Assembly: GCA_051362555.1 (NCBI GenBank)
Contig: CM120643.1
Span: forward strand, 3,844,001-3,908,000
Direction of reading: 5' to 3'
Source of the DNA: Lingula anatina
Lineage: Eukaryota; Animalia; Brachiopoda
DNA: 64,000 nucleotides
Shown: positions 1 through 13,263 of the stretch, in pieces
How positions within the stretch are numbered: position 1 is the stretch's first letter
Layout: each line of letters opens with the position of its first letter
Notes under the pieces: generated by a model
The model's input: only the letters and a program-made list of their open reading frames with translations
What the model was told of the DNA's origin: nothing
Databases searched by the model: none
Position numbers and translations under genes: made by a program

Positions 1-57
1 TCCAAACCTCTGTGGAGACAACAACAGTGGCTGCTCTCACTTGTGCCTCATCACACC

Positions 58-250
58 AGGGGGCGCTGGATTCAGGTGTGACTGTGTCCCGTAGTAAGTT
101 TCTTTTAATGTTTTGTATCAAAGTAAATTAATCTTATGTCAGTCTTGGTTGTCAGTCTTTGACCGTCTTCTGACAGAAATAAATTAGATACCAGTCAATG
201 TAAACTTGAAAATCTGACCGTCTTCCAGAAGACAGCCTAAATCTGCCCCA
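58..250 (+). mobile_element. MITE (AGGGGC-ended, PIF/Harbinger-like), copy 1 of a family seen 4 times in the window
   Basis: Ends aggggcgctggat / aatctgcccc. Internal block (gtcttctgaca..aaatta..tcaatg.aaacttgaaaa.tctgacc.tcttcc.gaagac) is shared with 4160-4325 (inverted), 59512-59680 and 60121-60289. Confidence 0.6.
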
Positions 251-491
251 GATCATTAATGTTGTCTGCCTATTTCTGCAAAGAAGAAGGTAAGATTTCT
301 CTCTCTCTCTTGCAAAGAATTTTAGGAAATACCATTAATATTATGTAAAGTAAAGTGTTACTTTCTATTTTTTTAACTAGTCTTACAAGAATGATTCTTA
401 GGATTGACATACAGCTCATATTAGAAAACCAGCTCTATTGGATTATCATTTTCATTAAATTTATGCATTTTTTTGTGAAATTTTCATTTTT

Positions 492-3486
492 ATGTATAGA
501 CACAGATGTGTCTGTACATATAGCCGTCATCTGCGTCTGTCGTCGTCGCCGTCGCCGTGCACTTTTACCGATAACACGATAAGTGGAAAACTGTTTTTTC
601 TTTTGGCTTGAAACTTACAGAACTAATGAATATTCATAATACGCAGGTCAAGTTCGAAAATCAGCATGATCGGGTCACTAATAGGGAATTTATGCTGTTT
701 TTTCACTTTTTTCAGCATAACTGAAGCACCGATAACACGATAAGTGGAAAACTGTTTTACTTTTTGGCTTGAAACTTACAGAACTGATGAATATTCATAA
801 TACGCAGGTCAAGTTCGAAAATCAGCGTGATTGGGTCATTTTTAGTGAATTTAGGCTATTTTTTCTCTTTTTTCAGCATAAATGCAGCACCGATAACATG
901 ATAAGTGGAAAACCATTTTGCTTTTTGGCTTGAAACTTACAGAACTGATAAATATTCATAATACGCAGGTCAAGTTCGAAAATCGGCATGATTGGGTCAT
1001 TTTTTAGTGAATTTAGGCTATTTTTTCTCTTTTTTCAGCATATATACAGCACCAATAACACGATAACTGGAAAACTGTTTTGGCTTTTGGCTTGAAACTT
1101 ACAGAACTGATAAATATTTATAATACGCAGGTCAAGTTCGAAAATCAGCATGATTGGGTGACTTGTAGGGAAGTTATGCTTTTTTTTAAAAACTTTTTTC
1201 AGCATATATGCAGCACCGATAACACGCTAAGTGGAAAACCGCTTTACTTTTTGGCTTCAAACTTACAAAACTGATGAAGATTCATAATCCACAGATCATG
1301 TTCGAAAATCATCATGATCAAGCCATTTTTAGGGGAGTTAAGCTATTTTTTCACTTTTTTCAACATATATGCAACACTGATAACACTATATAAGAAAAAC
1401 AGATAGGCCAATTGTCATTATACTTACAGGAGTGGTCAATCTTACTAAAATGCAGGTTGAGTTGGAAAATCAGCATAATCTGGCCATTATTTTAGAAGTT
1501 ATGCTGTTTTTTCACATTTCCTCAGATTCAATTCTTAAGCATGTTAACAGTCTCATTATTTAACTAATAAGATACGTAAAAGTGTTTGTTTGATATTTCC
1601 TGCATCTTTACAACATTGTTAGTTGATTATGTAAAAATGATGGTAAACTTGATATCGTGTATTGTGTAATAAAGTGTCAAAAATGGAAATAAACTCATAT
1701 CATATCATATTGCAGTTTGTTAGATTCAATCATCAACTATGTTCAGAATCTCAGAATGGAGGAAATTGGACATTTAACACTGTTCTATTGATATTTTTCC
1801 CATCTCATCAATTTTCTTAGTTGGTCATATAAAAATGGAAGTATACTGTTTATTTTGTTTTGTTTAAAAAGTGTTAAAATGGAAATAAACCCATTTCAGA
1901 ACAGTGCTGTCTTTTTTACAGTTTGGCATTTTTAAGATGTGACTTTGAAGTTCCATGAGCCTGCAGATCTTTGCTAGTCACATTTTCTGAATATCCATGA
2001 TACTAATATTTTATGATTAAAAATTGATGGTCATTATACTGTTAAACATTATGAAATATTGCATCAAGATTCGAAGAAACCCACATTTTGGGCACTGCTC
2101 CCATGATGACCATTTAAAGAAAATCATGTCACTTACTGTTATCAAACTTACAGGAAAGAAATGTGGGTCTAAAATACAGCTTCAGTAGGCAATGCAGTCT
2201 GTTTGGTAATTTTTTCTGGCAGTTAAACAGTTTTTTGTGAAAATTTAATTTTTAACTTATTGGCATTTTCAAGGTGTGACTTTGAAGTTCCATGATTCTG
2301 ACGACCTTTGCTTGTCATGTTTTCTGAAAGTCCATGTTACTAATATTCTATTAAATAAAAATTGATGGTCATATATGCTGTTAAGCATTATGTAATGTTG
2401 CTTCAAAATAGAAGAAAACACAATTTTTGGTGCTGCTGCCATGATGACCATGATGGGAAAACCGTGTTACTTATGACTGTCAAACCTTAAAAAAAGAAAC
2501 ACTGTACTAAAATGCAGCCTGAGTTGGAAAAGCAGTCTAATTGGCTTCTTTTTCTGGAAGTTATACATTTGAGTGAAATATTCATTAACTTTTTGGCATA
2601 TTCATTGTGGGACTCGGAGCTCCCATGGACATGAAGCCGAATGGTAATCAAATTTTCTACGTGTCCATGCTATTTGTAATCAATAATCAAAAATTGGTGA
2701 TAATTATTCTATAATTTATTATGCAATGTTACATCAAAATTTACAATAATCTTTTTGCACTGCTACTGCAAACATTATGAAAAGAAAACTGTGTTACTTA
2801 TTATTATTCTTAACTTATGAGAATGATTTTTAGGATTGGCATGCAGTTAAAATTAGAAAGCTAGGTCAATTGGGTTATCGTTTATTATTGAATTTATGCA
2901 ATTTTGTGTGAAATTTTCATTTTTTTATTCTGGCACTTTCTAAGTATAAACTTGAACTCTGATGGGCTTGAAGCCTTATGCTTTTACTTTGGTCGGTGTT
3001 ACCTGCTGTGCATAATTAAAATATGATGTTGACTTTGCAGTTAAACATAATGTATCATTTCATCAGAATTGGTAGTCTCCTATTTTGTGCATTATTGTTT
3101 TGTGCTTTTCTTAAGATGTGACTTATGGGCCTGAAGGGTCTTTGAGAGGGTCAGTCTGTAAATTTCCCTTGGGTATCACTTAGCTAAGCTCTGAGTTATA
3201 AAGTAATTTGCCTAATTGATTATTAATAGGCCATTAAATGAGATTACATAAAGCACACTTGTTGATATCTCCCTGTAAACTCCCAAAGGTTAAGCTCTCT
3301 GCTAGATTAATAATGAGGAAGCAGTGATAATTATGGAGGTAAATTATGCAGGTAATATATATATATATATATATAATCAACAATTGCTGCCTGGGCAGAG
3401 GTCTGCACTCACAATTGGCAAAATGACCTATTTTGCATCATTATTTTCTATTTTTGTCTGTACATTTGACAGCTTTGCTGCCTTGT
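492..3486 (+). mobile_element. Non-autonomous Helentron (HINE/DINE-1-like) with internal tandem arrays, nested in an older copy of the same family
   Basis: 5' hairpin atgtatagacac-agat-gtgtctgtacat after a T-run, then a (cgt/cgc)n microsatellite and ~161-bp and ~337-bp arrays. 3' subTIR tgtctgtacat plus hairpin gacagc-ttt-gctgcc, ending in ttgtt. Flanks 375-491 and 3487-3900 join to match internal 2810-3330. Confidence 0.8.
568..1400 (+). repeat. ~161-bp tandem repeat, 5+ copies, inside the HINE
   Basis: ccgataacacgataagtggaaaac recurs at ~568, 729, 890, 1052 and 1216. Confidence 0.9.
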
Positions 3487-4497
3487 TCTCATTCTGGCAC
3501 TTTCTAATTGTAAACTTGAACTTCGATGGGCCTGAAGCCTTATGCTTTTACTTTCATCAGTGTTACCATAATTAAAATTTGATGTTGACTGTGCAGTTAA
3601 ACATAATGTATTATTGCATCAGAATTGTCAGTCTCCTGTTTTTGTGCATTATTGTTTTCTGCTTTTCTTAAGGTGTGACTTATGGGCCTGAAGACCTTTG
3701 ATAGACAAATTTGTGTGGTCAGTCTTTAAATTCCCCTTGGGTATTCTCTAGGCCAAGTTTAGTGCTATAAACTCATTTGCCTAATTCAGTGGCCATTAAA
3801 TGAGATTTCATAAAGCACACTTGTTGATATTTCCCTGTAACTCCCAAAGGTTAAGCTCTCTGCTAGATAACATAGTGGCCATAATAAGGAAGCAGTGAAT
3901 AACAGCTTCATTAGATAATATTTTTGTTGTTTTCTTTTTAATTTTTTCTCCAACACTGGCATTTATAAGATGTGACTTTTAACTCACATCCACCTGAGGC
4001 TCTGCACATTTTCTGTATTTTCACATAAGCAGTTGTATTGGTATTCATGTCTTTATACACTATGTAATATTATCTTATGCACTGTCATCATTTTTCATAT
4101 ATTGGGACTTTCATCATGTGAATTTTAACTCTCATGGTGCTGAAACTGTAATCTTAATGAAGGGGTTGATTGAGACCATCTTCTGGGTCTCCTGGAAGAC
4201 AGTCAGATTTTAAAGTTTATATTGATGGGTATCTATTTTTTCTGTTGGAAGACCATCAAAATGGAGGATGGATCAACAAAAATACTTTAGAATACTGTCA
4301 GAAAATATTTCTGGATCTGCTCCTGTTATTGACCATGTTACCTGTTGTGCATGATGAAAAATCAGTGTTGACTGACTGTGCTATTATAAGTATTATTTAT
4401 TATTAATCAAAATTGACAAAATGACCTCTTTTGCATCTTTTTTTGTTTTTTGTTTTTTTTTTTTGTCTGTACATTTGACAGCTTTGCTGCCTTGTTT
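3487..4497 (+). mobile_element. 3' part of the older host HINE copy
   Basis: Repeats 2925-3330 and ends with a second tgtctgtacatttgacagctttgctgccttgttt terminus at ~4464-4497. Confidence 0.7.
4160..4325 (-). mobile_element. MITE, inverted copy of the 58-250/59512 family
   Basis: Reverse complement of the family core (ccatcttctgggtct.ctggaagacagtcaga..tt.aagtt..attgatggg). Confidence 0.6.
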
Positions 4498-5815
4498 ATT
4501 TATTATAAGTGAAAATCTTATATTTTTGGTAATCATATCAAATGGTTCCCCTGCATATTGAAATAGGTGTTGCTATGATTTCAGTATAAGCAAGGCCCTG
4601 CATTCCAGTGGTGGGGGCGAGTTCAGACTGGGGCACCTGCAGGAACGGTGGCTTTTCATGGAGGAAATGTTGTGGCCATCAGCACACCAGACTTTGTATA
4701 GGACAGAAAACGATTACAACACTGATGTTTTAGTTACTGATACAGATTTATGAGACCAAAGATTTTTTATTGAGCATTAAATTCTTGATGATCATCCAAC
4801 AGATGTCAGGCAAAGATCAGGAAGGAATATATCTGGCCCAAAGCAAAATAGATGTTGGTGGTTGTGATGAAACTTTATTGTGAAGTATTATTTCAAACCC
4901 ATATAAAATATATGTTCTTGTATGGGTGCAGTCTTTCAGCTCTGATGAAGAATTGGATTCCTGTTTACTAAATAATTCCAGGTAAAATGTTACGCTATTG
5001 AAAAGTCAGTCCTCCTGTTTGAATATTGTGTTTGTGCTGAAGTTGCAGTTTGCAGAAGCTTGAGCCCATATGCTTGCAAATAAAATATTCCTCAAAGAAC
5101 TCTCATACCAATATTTGGTTTGTTTGTTGATAATTTAACAATAAGAAATCAGTTAACAGATTTTTAAAATCTTGATTAATCTGTAGGCTTTACAGATTGC
5201 AAGACGTAACCATGAGACTGTATTATTACATAGTAGTTAGCACATATATTAATGGACTGAATTAAAAGAAGTGCTAAGGCAAATACAACCAACAAAAAAG
5301 TTCCATGACAAGTATAATCTGACCCGTAATAATGATATTTTTGTTGTATTTAAAAATGTGAGGAAAATGATACAGCTTATTAATGTAACAGCGGAGTTGA
5401 AATGAAGAATCCAGATGAAAATCCAAAATAGCATTTTGCAGTTTGTTTTAATACATTATCCTAGAAATACATCTGTGTTGGCTTCCTTGGTGTACTCAAC
5501 ATTCCAAGAACTGTTGTCTTGGTTCAGAAAAGGGTAGAAGATCAATTTTAATTTTACAATATATAAGACATAATAATGCTTTTTCCTTCTGGCTTTAAAC
5601 TGTATGTCATGTGACATTTGTATAGACGTCTTCAGATAGAAATTTTATTAATGTTGTACAAATATAAAAGCTTTAAGAAGGCTGGAAGAAAATTTGTCCC
5701 ACACCATTGCAACATTCACTTAAATATGATTTTTATTTTCAGCCATGTCTGTACATTGCTGTCACTTATGCTATTTTCAATTCTTTGGCATGTTAACCGT
5801 CTTATTATTGAACTA

Positions 5816-6081
5816 ATTACCTTCGCCAAGGAGGTTATGTTTTCACCCCTGTTTGTCTGTCATCCACATAACTCAAAAAGCCAATTTGGATGAAATTTTC
5901 AGGAACTGTCAGAATGGGCCAAAGAACAGATGAATAGTTTTTGGTGGTGATCAATAATCAATCAATAATCAAAAATAAAAAACTTAATCATTATAGAATG
6001 AAAATTTAGGGGTGAAACTGCATTGGGTGGAGACTTTGCTGACTTGGCAGAGGTCTGCGCTCTCTGAGTGCTTTTTTAGTT
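5816..6081 (+). mobile_element. Short HINE/DINE-1-like element, second family
   Basis: 5' accttcgccaag-gaggt followed by gtttgtctgtc. 3' inverted subTIR cttggcagaggt, hairpin gcgctc-tct-gagtgc, and tagtt end. Confidence 0.7.
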
Positions 6082-6924
6082 GCATATGTAAACATGTTCT
6101 TTTGACATTTTCTGCATCTTAACAATTTTGTTAGTTGTTTATATTAAAATGATGGTAAATCTAGAACGTTTATTGTGAAGTAAAGAATAAGAAATGGAAA
6201 TAAAATTATATCAGTGTAGTTTGTCAGATTCGTTCCTTTACTGTTTTCAGATCAAGGAAATTAGATATTCAAAATTGTTGTATTGATGTATTTTTTATTT
6301 GTTTGAATAGAGGTCTGTCCATACTGTAATGCCATACTTGAAATTTTGTTAATTCTTTTGGAGGTGGTGCATTGTTCTTTATGTATGAAGATATATTGGT
6401 TTTCATTTTTAGATACTAGTGAAAGTCTTTTTGTTTTTGGTACATGCATGCCAATAGTATGTATGTTCTTCATTATTTTACTGTAATAAAGGATATTTTG
6501 GGGGAAAATATGTATGTTCAATTGTTTTTTTCTCTTTTTCTCCCTCTAATCTTTTCCCTTTCCCTTTAATTTTTATAAGAAAAACAAATCATTTTTATGA
6601 AAAAATGGAATAATATCAATAAGTAGATTTTCCAATTAAAAATGTACAAAGGTTAGACAAAATTCTAATTTCAAGAGGGGAATAGTGGTGCGATATATTT
6701 TTCAGAAACCTCTTTATCGGCCACTGCGTTACCGATATGCACGTTACCATATTGCGTGTAGATTGTTGTTGTTGTTGTTATTTACGTTGTGAGTTGTCTG
6801 TCGGCGCAACACTCAATAACTCCCTTTCCTTTAACTTGTTTGATTCCGTTATAATCTTTATCTGCAGTTAGTGAAAGTGTAAGTCATTTACTTTACAACA
6901 TCAATTGAAAAGGCTACAAGTTGC

Positions 6925-8526
6925 CTTAAAATTTTCCATGTGATCCTCTATGAAGAGGAAATGTAGTGGCCAACAAGATTTTTAACTCTGAATTTTTTTT
7001 TACTTCTGAATATTTTGACTGTTATGCGCATTATTTTTTTCGCTCGGCTTTCTCCTTTATATTCGCTTAAAAAGAGAGAGAGAGGGGGTATTCTAATTAA
7101 ATTCATTTTTGTCGAACACAAATAAACAGAAATGCTGTCAAAATTTTAATGTTTTGCCGATATCCATTTTCAATCACAGTTTTTTACCTATATCAAATAA
7201 TTATGACGAATTGTCGCGTGTGATTTTCGCCCAAAAGCCGTGACGTCTGCAGCACATCTCTGAGGCGCGTTTACTAATTATTTTTCACACGTGGAATGAT
7301 TGTGTTAGTGCAGAAAATTTCTTTCTCACCAGATGACAACTGAAAACTTTGATAATATTTTTTGAACCACCATTAAGATCATCAAGGCCATCAGGATCAC
7401 CATTACAAATCTCTGAACATCACTTCCGGCCAGTCTTATATTACTTCAAGGAACCTAATTTGCATATAAGAAAAAAATGCATTTTTTTCTGATTTAGGCT
7501 TGTCTCCAATTTTTTCATTATTTTCAAATAGCAATGTCATCTTTTGCTCACAAATCTGGACACCTTTATTCCAAATGCACTGTTTGTAAATTATGTAATT
7601 AGAAATAATTTTTATATCACAGACGTGTATCACGATTTCACTCCACAGCCATAAAACTCGTTGATAGCTGCATGGGTATAAAAGTAGGTCAATTGCCTGT
7701 ATAAAATTGCCATACGATTATTGATTTTTTAGTGTGGACCGTTTTATGGGGGAGACACAAGTGGGAGATGTATCAAGATACCAGCAAAATATTTTGGTTG
7801 CATGCGGGTACTGAAAGTCAGAGTATTTTGCAAACTTTGAGAGAAAAGAGTAAAACTAGCCCACATCTCCAGCTTCATCATGTAGAACTTTATAGATGCC
7901 ACGGTCCCTCTATATTTCATCTGACTCTCCCTAAAATTTTTCGGACCGCGTTAACTGTTCAATTCCCGGGAACCGCGAAGCATCCAGCGTGGTAGCAGAC
8001 GCTAAGCTCTGCAGACGGCACATTGCATTCACAAGAGGGGGTCAAGGTTTCCTAGGGAAATGCTGTATTTTATTACATCTGAGGAATTACGTGATAAAGG
8101 AAAGATATTTTTACATATTTGAATTTATATTGACTAAGTGCAATGAGAGACACCGATTCACTGTATTTCTTCTCAAAATTGACAGGATAAAAAAAAGAGC
8201 AAAAGGAGATTACCTATCTCCCCTATGAATCCTTACATGGCATATCCTATCCGTGAACTTTTGATCTACTTTAGTTTTCACACACCTACACACGCTGAGT
8301 TTGTATGGTATCAGTAGAAATGGGGCGTATTGGTGGGATGGGGGGGGGGGGGGATTCTAATGTGACTTTTCATGTTCAAGAAGATATGGTTGTTCTATTT
8401 TGATAATGCTACATGTATAACATATTTGGGTTAATGAACAATATTACATCTGTTGTTTTATACGTATTTTTATGTAAAATAAAACATTTTATTTTAAAAG
8501 ATACTGAATTGAGAGCGTTGGCAACG
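6925..8526 (+). repeat. Dispersed direct duplication, copy A (partner 54961-56435)
   Basis: Long colinear matches, e.g. catcacttccggccagtcttatattacttcaaggaacctaatttgcatataag and ctgcatgggtataaaagtaggtcaattgcctgtataaaattgccatacg. Confidence 0.9.
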
Positions 8527-9342
8527 GGGAAGAGCAGTTTTGTATCCAAACCCACAGGTGTTGATTATGCTGGTCTGCACATTCCGCGCTTTATTGTAAT
8601 TTTGTTCTGATTCGTTTATTTTATGATGATTTACTTAGGACAAATAGTGAACCGATGTACAACTTCAATGATTGAATTTGGCTCTCCCCCTCTTCGACGA
8701 TGAGCCTGTGCGTGTGTGTGTGCGTGTGAGTGTGTGTGTGTGCGCGCGCGTGTGTGTTTAGTGTATGTGTAGAGGAGAGTGTATGTCGTTTTCACGTAGT
8801 CCTGCCATACATTGACAGTACCGACATTATTTTTAAAAATTAATTGTAGCTTAACTCGTACGTCAAGGGTGTGTATATTCTATTTTCATTTCCATTTGCT
8901 TGAAGCTGTATTTGTTGTTCAGGTTCCATTTTTAATTTAAAATTATTTTGCCTTTGTTCTTTTCATTAATTTTTCTTGTATTCTTGAAAAGTAATTTTTT
9001 TATTTTTAGGTAATAATTACTTTAATTGTTATAGATAGAGTCATCCAGATTTGTTCATGATTCTTTTTTATTTATTTATTTATTTTAATGCGTTTATTAA
9101 CTCAAATAAAAAAAAGAAAATATACATATATAATGAAATATTTAAACAGATAAAAATTAAATGCACATAGTAGGGCCTACTGGTGATAATTTCGGTAATT
9201 AAATACTGATAAATAAAAAAGAACATAAATATATAGAAATACTTTCACTCACTCATCCATCCATACATACTACACGTATACATGCTTGTTGTGTGCTACA
9301 TATCGGCAACTATAACGTACTAGAGGTGGACATTTTAACACG

Positions 9343-9640
9343 TTATGGTAATGGAATGCGTTTCCATTTTGTATTAAACCAATCTTCTTTACCTGTCTTT
9401 ATAGCAATGTATTTTACTATTTTCTTCTTCTGACTGAGAAAATGCAGAAACAGTTCAAAATCATAGACTGATGGATTTTCTGAATTTTTGTTTATAAACT
9501 GTTTAGCCACAATAATAGAGAAATTTAAAGCTTTTGCGCAGTGGTCGCTAGACAAACAGCCGTACATTATAGTTTTTTCATTTTTTCTAAAGTGAATGGT
9601 ATTATTCGGAGTGTTTATTATAACGTAATCTTCAAGACGT
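9343..9640 (-). pseudogene. L1/Tx1-like LINE ORF2 C-terminal remnant
   Basis: IIVAKQFINKN...IVKYIA...FNTKW resembles the Tx1/L1 ORF2 C-terminus pattern (aKyyIy...iek.ia...f..kW). Recognised by eye only. Confidence 0.45.
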
Positions 9641-9957
9641 TAACCTTTATCACGCACTTCTAACTTCGTGTCCCTTTTCCATGCATCATACGTCACGCAT
9701 CCCTGTAGTTTGCTTGTTTATTCTTGTTTTGGTACCTGAAGAAGGTTCACAAGCAAAAGCTCAGGCATTTTTTCACCTTTCAGAGTTAATCTTTACAGAT
9801 GCGTTTTCAATATATTTTTTCGTAAAAATACGGAAGATGCTGTCGAATGAAAATCTGCAGTTTTTTTATCAGTCATAACAGTTAATTATCATAAAAGAGG
9901 TTTGTTATCTGATTCTGGTCCGAGGATCAACTGGTTGTGAATTCGGCCAGAGACAAC

Positions 9958-9959
<2 letters not shown>

Positions 9960-9992
<33 letters not shown>
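9960..9992. repeat. (GA)n microsatellite
   Basis: Pure GA run. Confidence 0.95.
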
Positions 9993-9996
<4 letters not shown>

Positions 9997-11820
9997 CTCT
10001 ACCTGAGTCACAGATAGAGTTTTCACTAGATATTCATAGATAGGCCTATGTATAAAATGTAAGGATGTGTTTAATAATTTTTGAAGAAAGATTCCTGTTT
10101 ATGATTTGAGCGCAAAGGACGATTGCGTTTGTTACGTTCAGTAAAAGCAGTATTGACGACAGCTACCATCTGAGTCCTCAAGGGGGTTGAACTCCCAACA
10201 CGGTCGGAGGTACGTTGTGTAGATGAATAATAACAACATATGGTCTCTCTCGCTCTTTCTTTGGTTAGTCTTTCGATTCACACGAAAATCGTTGCATAAG
10301 TTAGCTAAGCACATGTGCTAATCATATTTAAAACACAAAATGCAGACTCATTTTTAGACCTTCGTTACTGTCGCTTGCAACACCATCTCACATTTGCCTA
10401 TAAGTTTATTTTCAATAAAGTAGATAAATAAGGTACTTGTTTGGAAGCAAGTCTAACGTCTCAGAAAATGTCTAGAATGTTTATCTTAAATAATACAATG
10501 AATGACTTGCAGCTACTTTTAAAAGCCGAAAAATCCTTCGTGGCGTATTTTTGCTCCAGATCATTAATTTTAGTTGCTTTAATGTTTTGAAATATTTTAG
10601 TCATTAATAAAATCTTCATTTTAGTTAAGACAAGGACTGAAGGCCCCGTTGGGCGTTTTCCTTTCCCGTAACAGCCACTTATCATTCTCCGAGATGTGAA
10701 GCACCCCATTCCTGTGAATCGTGAATTGCGGGTTTCTATCCCTATAGTGGAACGAAGTTATTATACTCGGTGATATTTATTTTCAGCTCGCCAGACTAGC
10801 ATTTTCAATGAGATATGAATAAAGTTTATAATTAATTTATGTGATTTGTGATTTGATGATTTTATTTTCCTTTGGCCTGAACTGTGATCACTACCCCCCC
10901 CCCCTTTCCTTCCCAGCGTGCCCTCTTGATTAGCTAGACCTACATATGTCCAAGGCTAGACGATATGTTAATAGAACCAAGGAGTTATAACTCCTTGATA
11001 GAACACAGTCAGATGTTTTACACGAAACACGACATTCTCTTAGAAAGCCATTTGCAAAACCTTCGTTACCAGGCATTGAGAAAATATACTTGGGATTGAG
11101 GAAAAAATTGAGACCTTTTGAAAAAAAATTAACGGGCATCTAATATAGGCTTCCCTAATCCTACTAGCACAGTCTCTGGCGCTGTCTATAAAAGTAAAGT
11201 ACAGGTGTTAGTAACTTTGCAGGATATTTAAGCAAAAATTGACTTTATAATATTTTCAAGTATGTTTATTATACTTTTAATGCTAATTAAATGTGAAGCT
11301 CCTTAAATGCTCCATTTGCGTTGTGTTGCTGACATCTAGCAAAAGTTGAAGTAAAAAGAAAATATATAAAAATAACAATAAAAAAGAACTTAAAATTACC
11401 TTTTTGTAAAAATATATTCTCAATCAATAATATCACATCTAAACGAAAAATCAAAAGATATAATAACTTGGACGCAGAGTAAAACTGCGGCGCGCTTCAT
11501 GTGACCGGATGTACCGAGATGTGACCCAGTATTCACTGCGGGTTTTCGTTGACCTACTTAGTCGGGCTTAGTTCGGCGGAGCGGGAACATTTTACACGTT
11601 ATGAAATAACGCTATACCAAGGACAAGATATATTTATGAGTTACCATTAAAGTCCCAAGTGAAGCAGTAGGACATTCCACGATTCCAGCATCCTTTTAAA
11701 TGCATGCAAAGACTTTCTTGATGACAAAAGGGTGAGTACTTTGTTGCAGTGATCTGGTACCGGAAGTCTTGGGGTTGAAAGCGACAGTTGGGCGGGGCTT
11801 TTGAGAGAGAGGAGAGAGAA

Positions 11821-12785
11821 CACTAGTGGGCTAGATTTGGTCTTAAAGTGCAATTTAAAGTCATAATAACTCTTCATTTTGGCCAAAAATTGGATTTTCC
11901 TGGAGTAAACGGCAATTTTCCCGTACTTACCAATGGTCAGCGACCCCATTCCTGCATTCAAAGTTAATCCAGGGTTTTTTTCCTAAACGTACGGTTTTTT
12001 GTTAAAATCTCTTAAGAGATTTTAACTGACGGAGCTCTCTCTGACATCGCATAGTCACTGTTGACCTACTTAAAACCGCGGGAAAAGCAGACAACAACAA
12101 CACTATATAAGATTCATGAGATATATTCGTCTTTTTGTTAAAAATACATTAATATCCACAATGTGTGCCATTCTGGGCTTTTCGTTATCCGACGCACTGT
12201 ACAAAAACTCGCAACTTACGTCTGCGTCCGCATTAATGCGTTTGGCGCCATATGTTATTTTGGTCTCGAATGAACGCGAGAATCCGCGTGACACCATTAC
12301 GTCATTAGCAACGAATGCCTTGATGAAAGCATCGAAAGCCCTATTGACAAGCACAGATTTTAGTTTTACTGCAATAACGGCCGTTTTAGTGGTAAAATAC
12401 AATAGAATATATTTCCATGCGTTGTTTACAATGTATTTCATGCAGAATTTTGAATCTCAAAGGAAGAGTTATTATTGCTTTAAGTTCACAAGTGATCTTA
12501 CACGATCTTAATCATTACAGCAGTAGTCTTAAAATGGACTGAATCTGCTTTTAAGATCAAAAATGATCTAACATCTACTTAAGTGGTCAAGCAGTTTCCT
12601 CCCCTCACAATGGGGGATACCTCCCCTCACAATAGAGGACACCTCTGCTCACAATAGGAGAATGTGTAAGGGGAGACAACTTAATTGGCTGTCAGACTAG
12701 AAATGGTCTTACTCATGTTTTAAGATCATGTAAGACTATTTGTGTTCTTAAATTGCACTTTAAGACCAAATCAAGCCCACTAGTG
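11821..12785. mobile_element. Non-autonomous CACTA (EnSpm/CMC) element, 965 bp
   Basis: ~38-bp TIR cactagtgggct(a/t)gatttggtcttaaagtgcaatttaa at both ends, 3-bp TSD GAA on both flanks, and short internal direct repeats (cctcccctcacaat, ~12598-12655). Confidence 0.85.
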
Positions 12786-13263
12786 GAAGGAGCTGCAGAT
12801 ACAAGAGCTAGAGGATGGATAAAGGGAGTGTTTTAAGTGTTATTCAGTAGATCTGAATTCCTGGAAATATCTGAGGTAAAACATAAAAAGTTCTAGCAGA
12901 GTTAGGGAGCAAAAGGGTTTCTATATGTTGTTTTAAAAAGTTATTTGTGGGGATTTTTGCAGTGTTCACTTCGTCCCATCAGGTATCTTTATAACTCTCT
13001 TTATAACTCTCTAACTCTCCAACTGGAATGAAGTAATGGCTTTGTATGTTAGGAATTCATACATACCTCAGTATGTAGCCAAGTATAACATCACATTATT
13101 ACAATGTTACATCTGGACTGCACCATTCCTGCATTGAATATAGTGTTGTGACACATTTTGAGGCATGTCGGGCTGCTTAAGATGCAAAGTCACAACAAAT
13201 GTCCCTCTAAATTTAGCTTAAATTGCCAATATAAAATGATGACAATTTTAAGTTTGATTTTTT

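Noticed and set aside
7455-7760. U6/7SK-type snRNA gene (octamer plus TATA)
   Set aside because: T-runs immediately downstream would terminate Pol III, and no known snRNA sequence was recognised.
12103-12511. Overlapping antisense ORFs of 112 and 131 aa
   Set aside because: They lie inside a non-autonomous CACTA element and show no recognisable transposase motifs.
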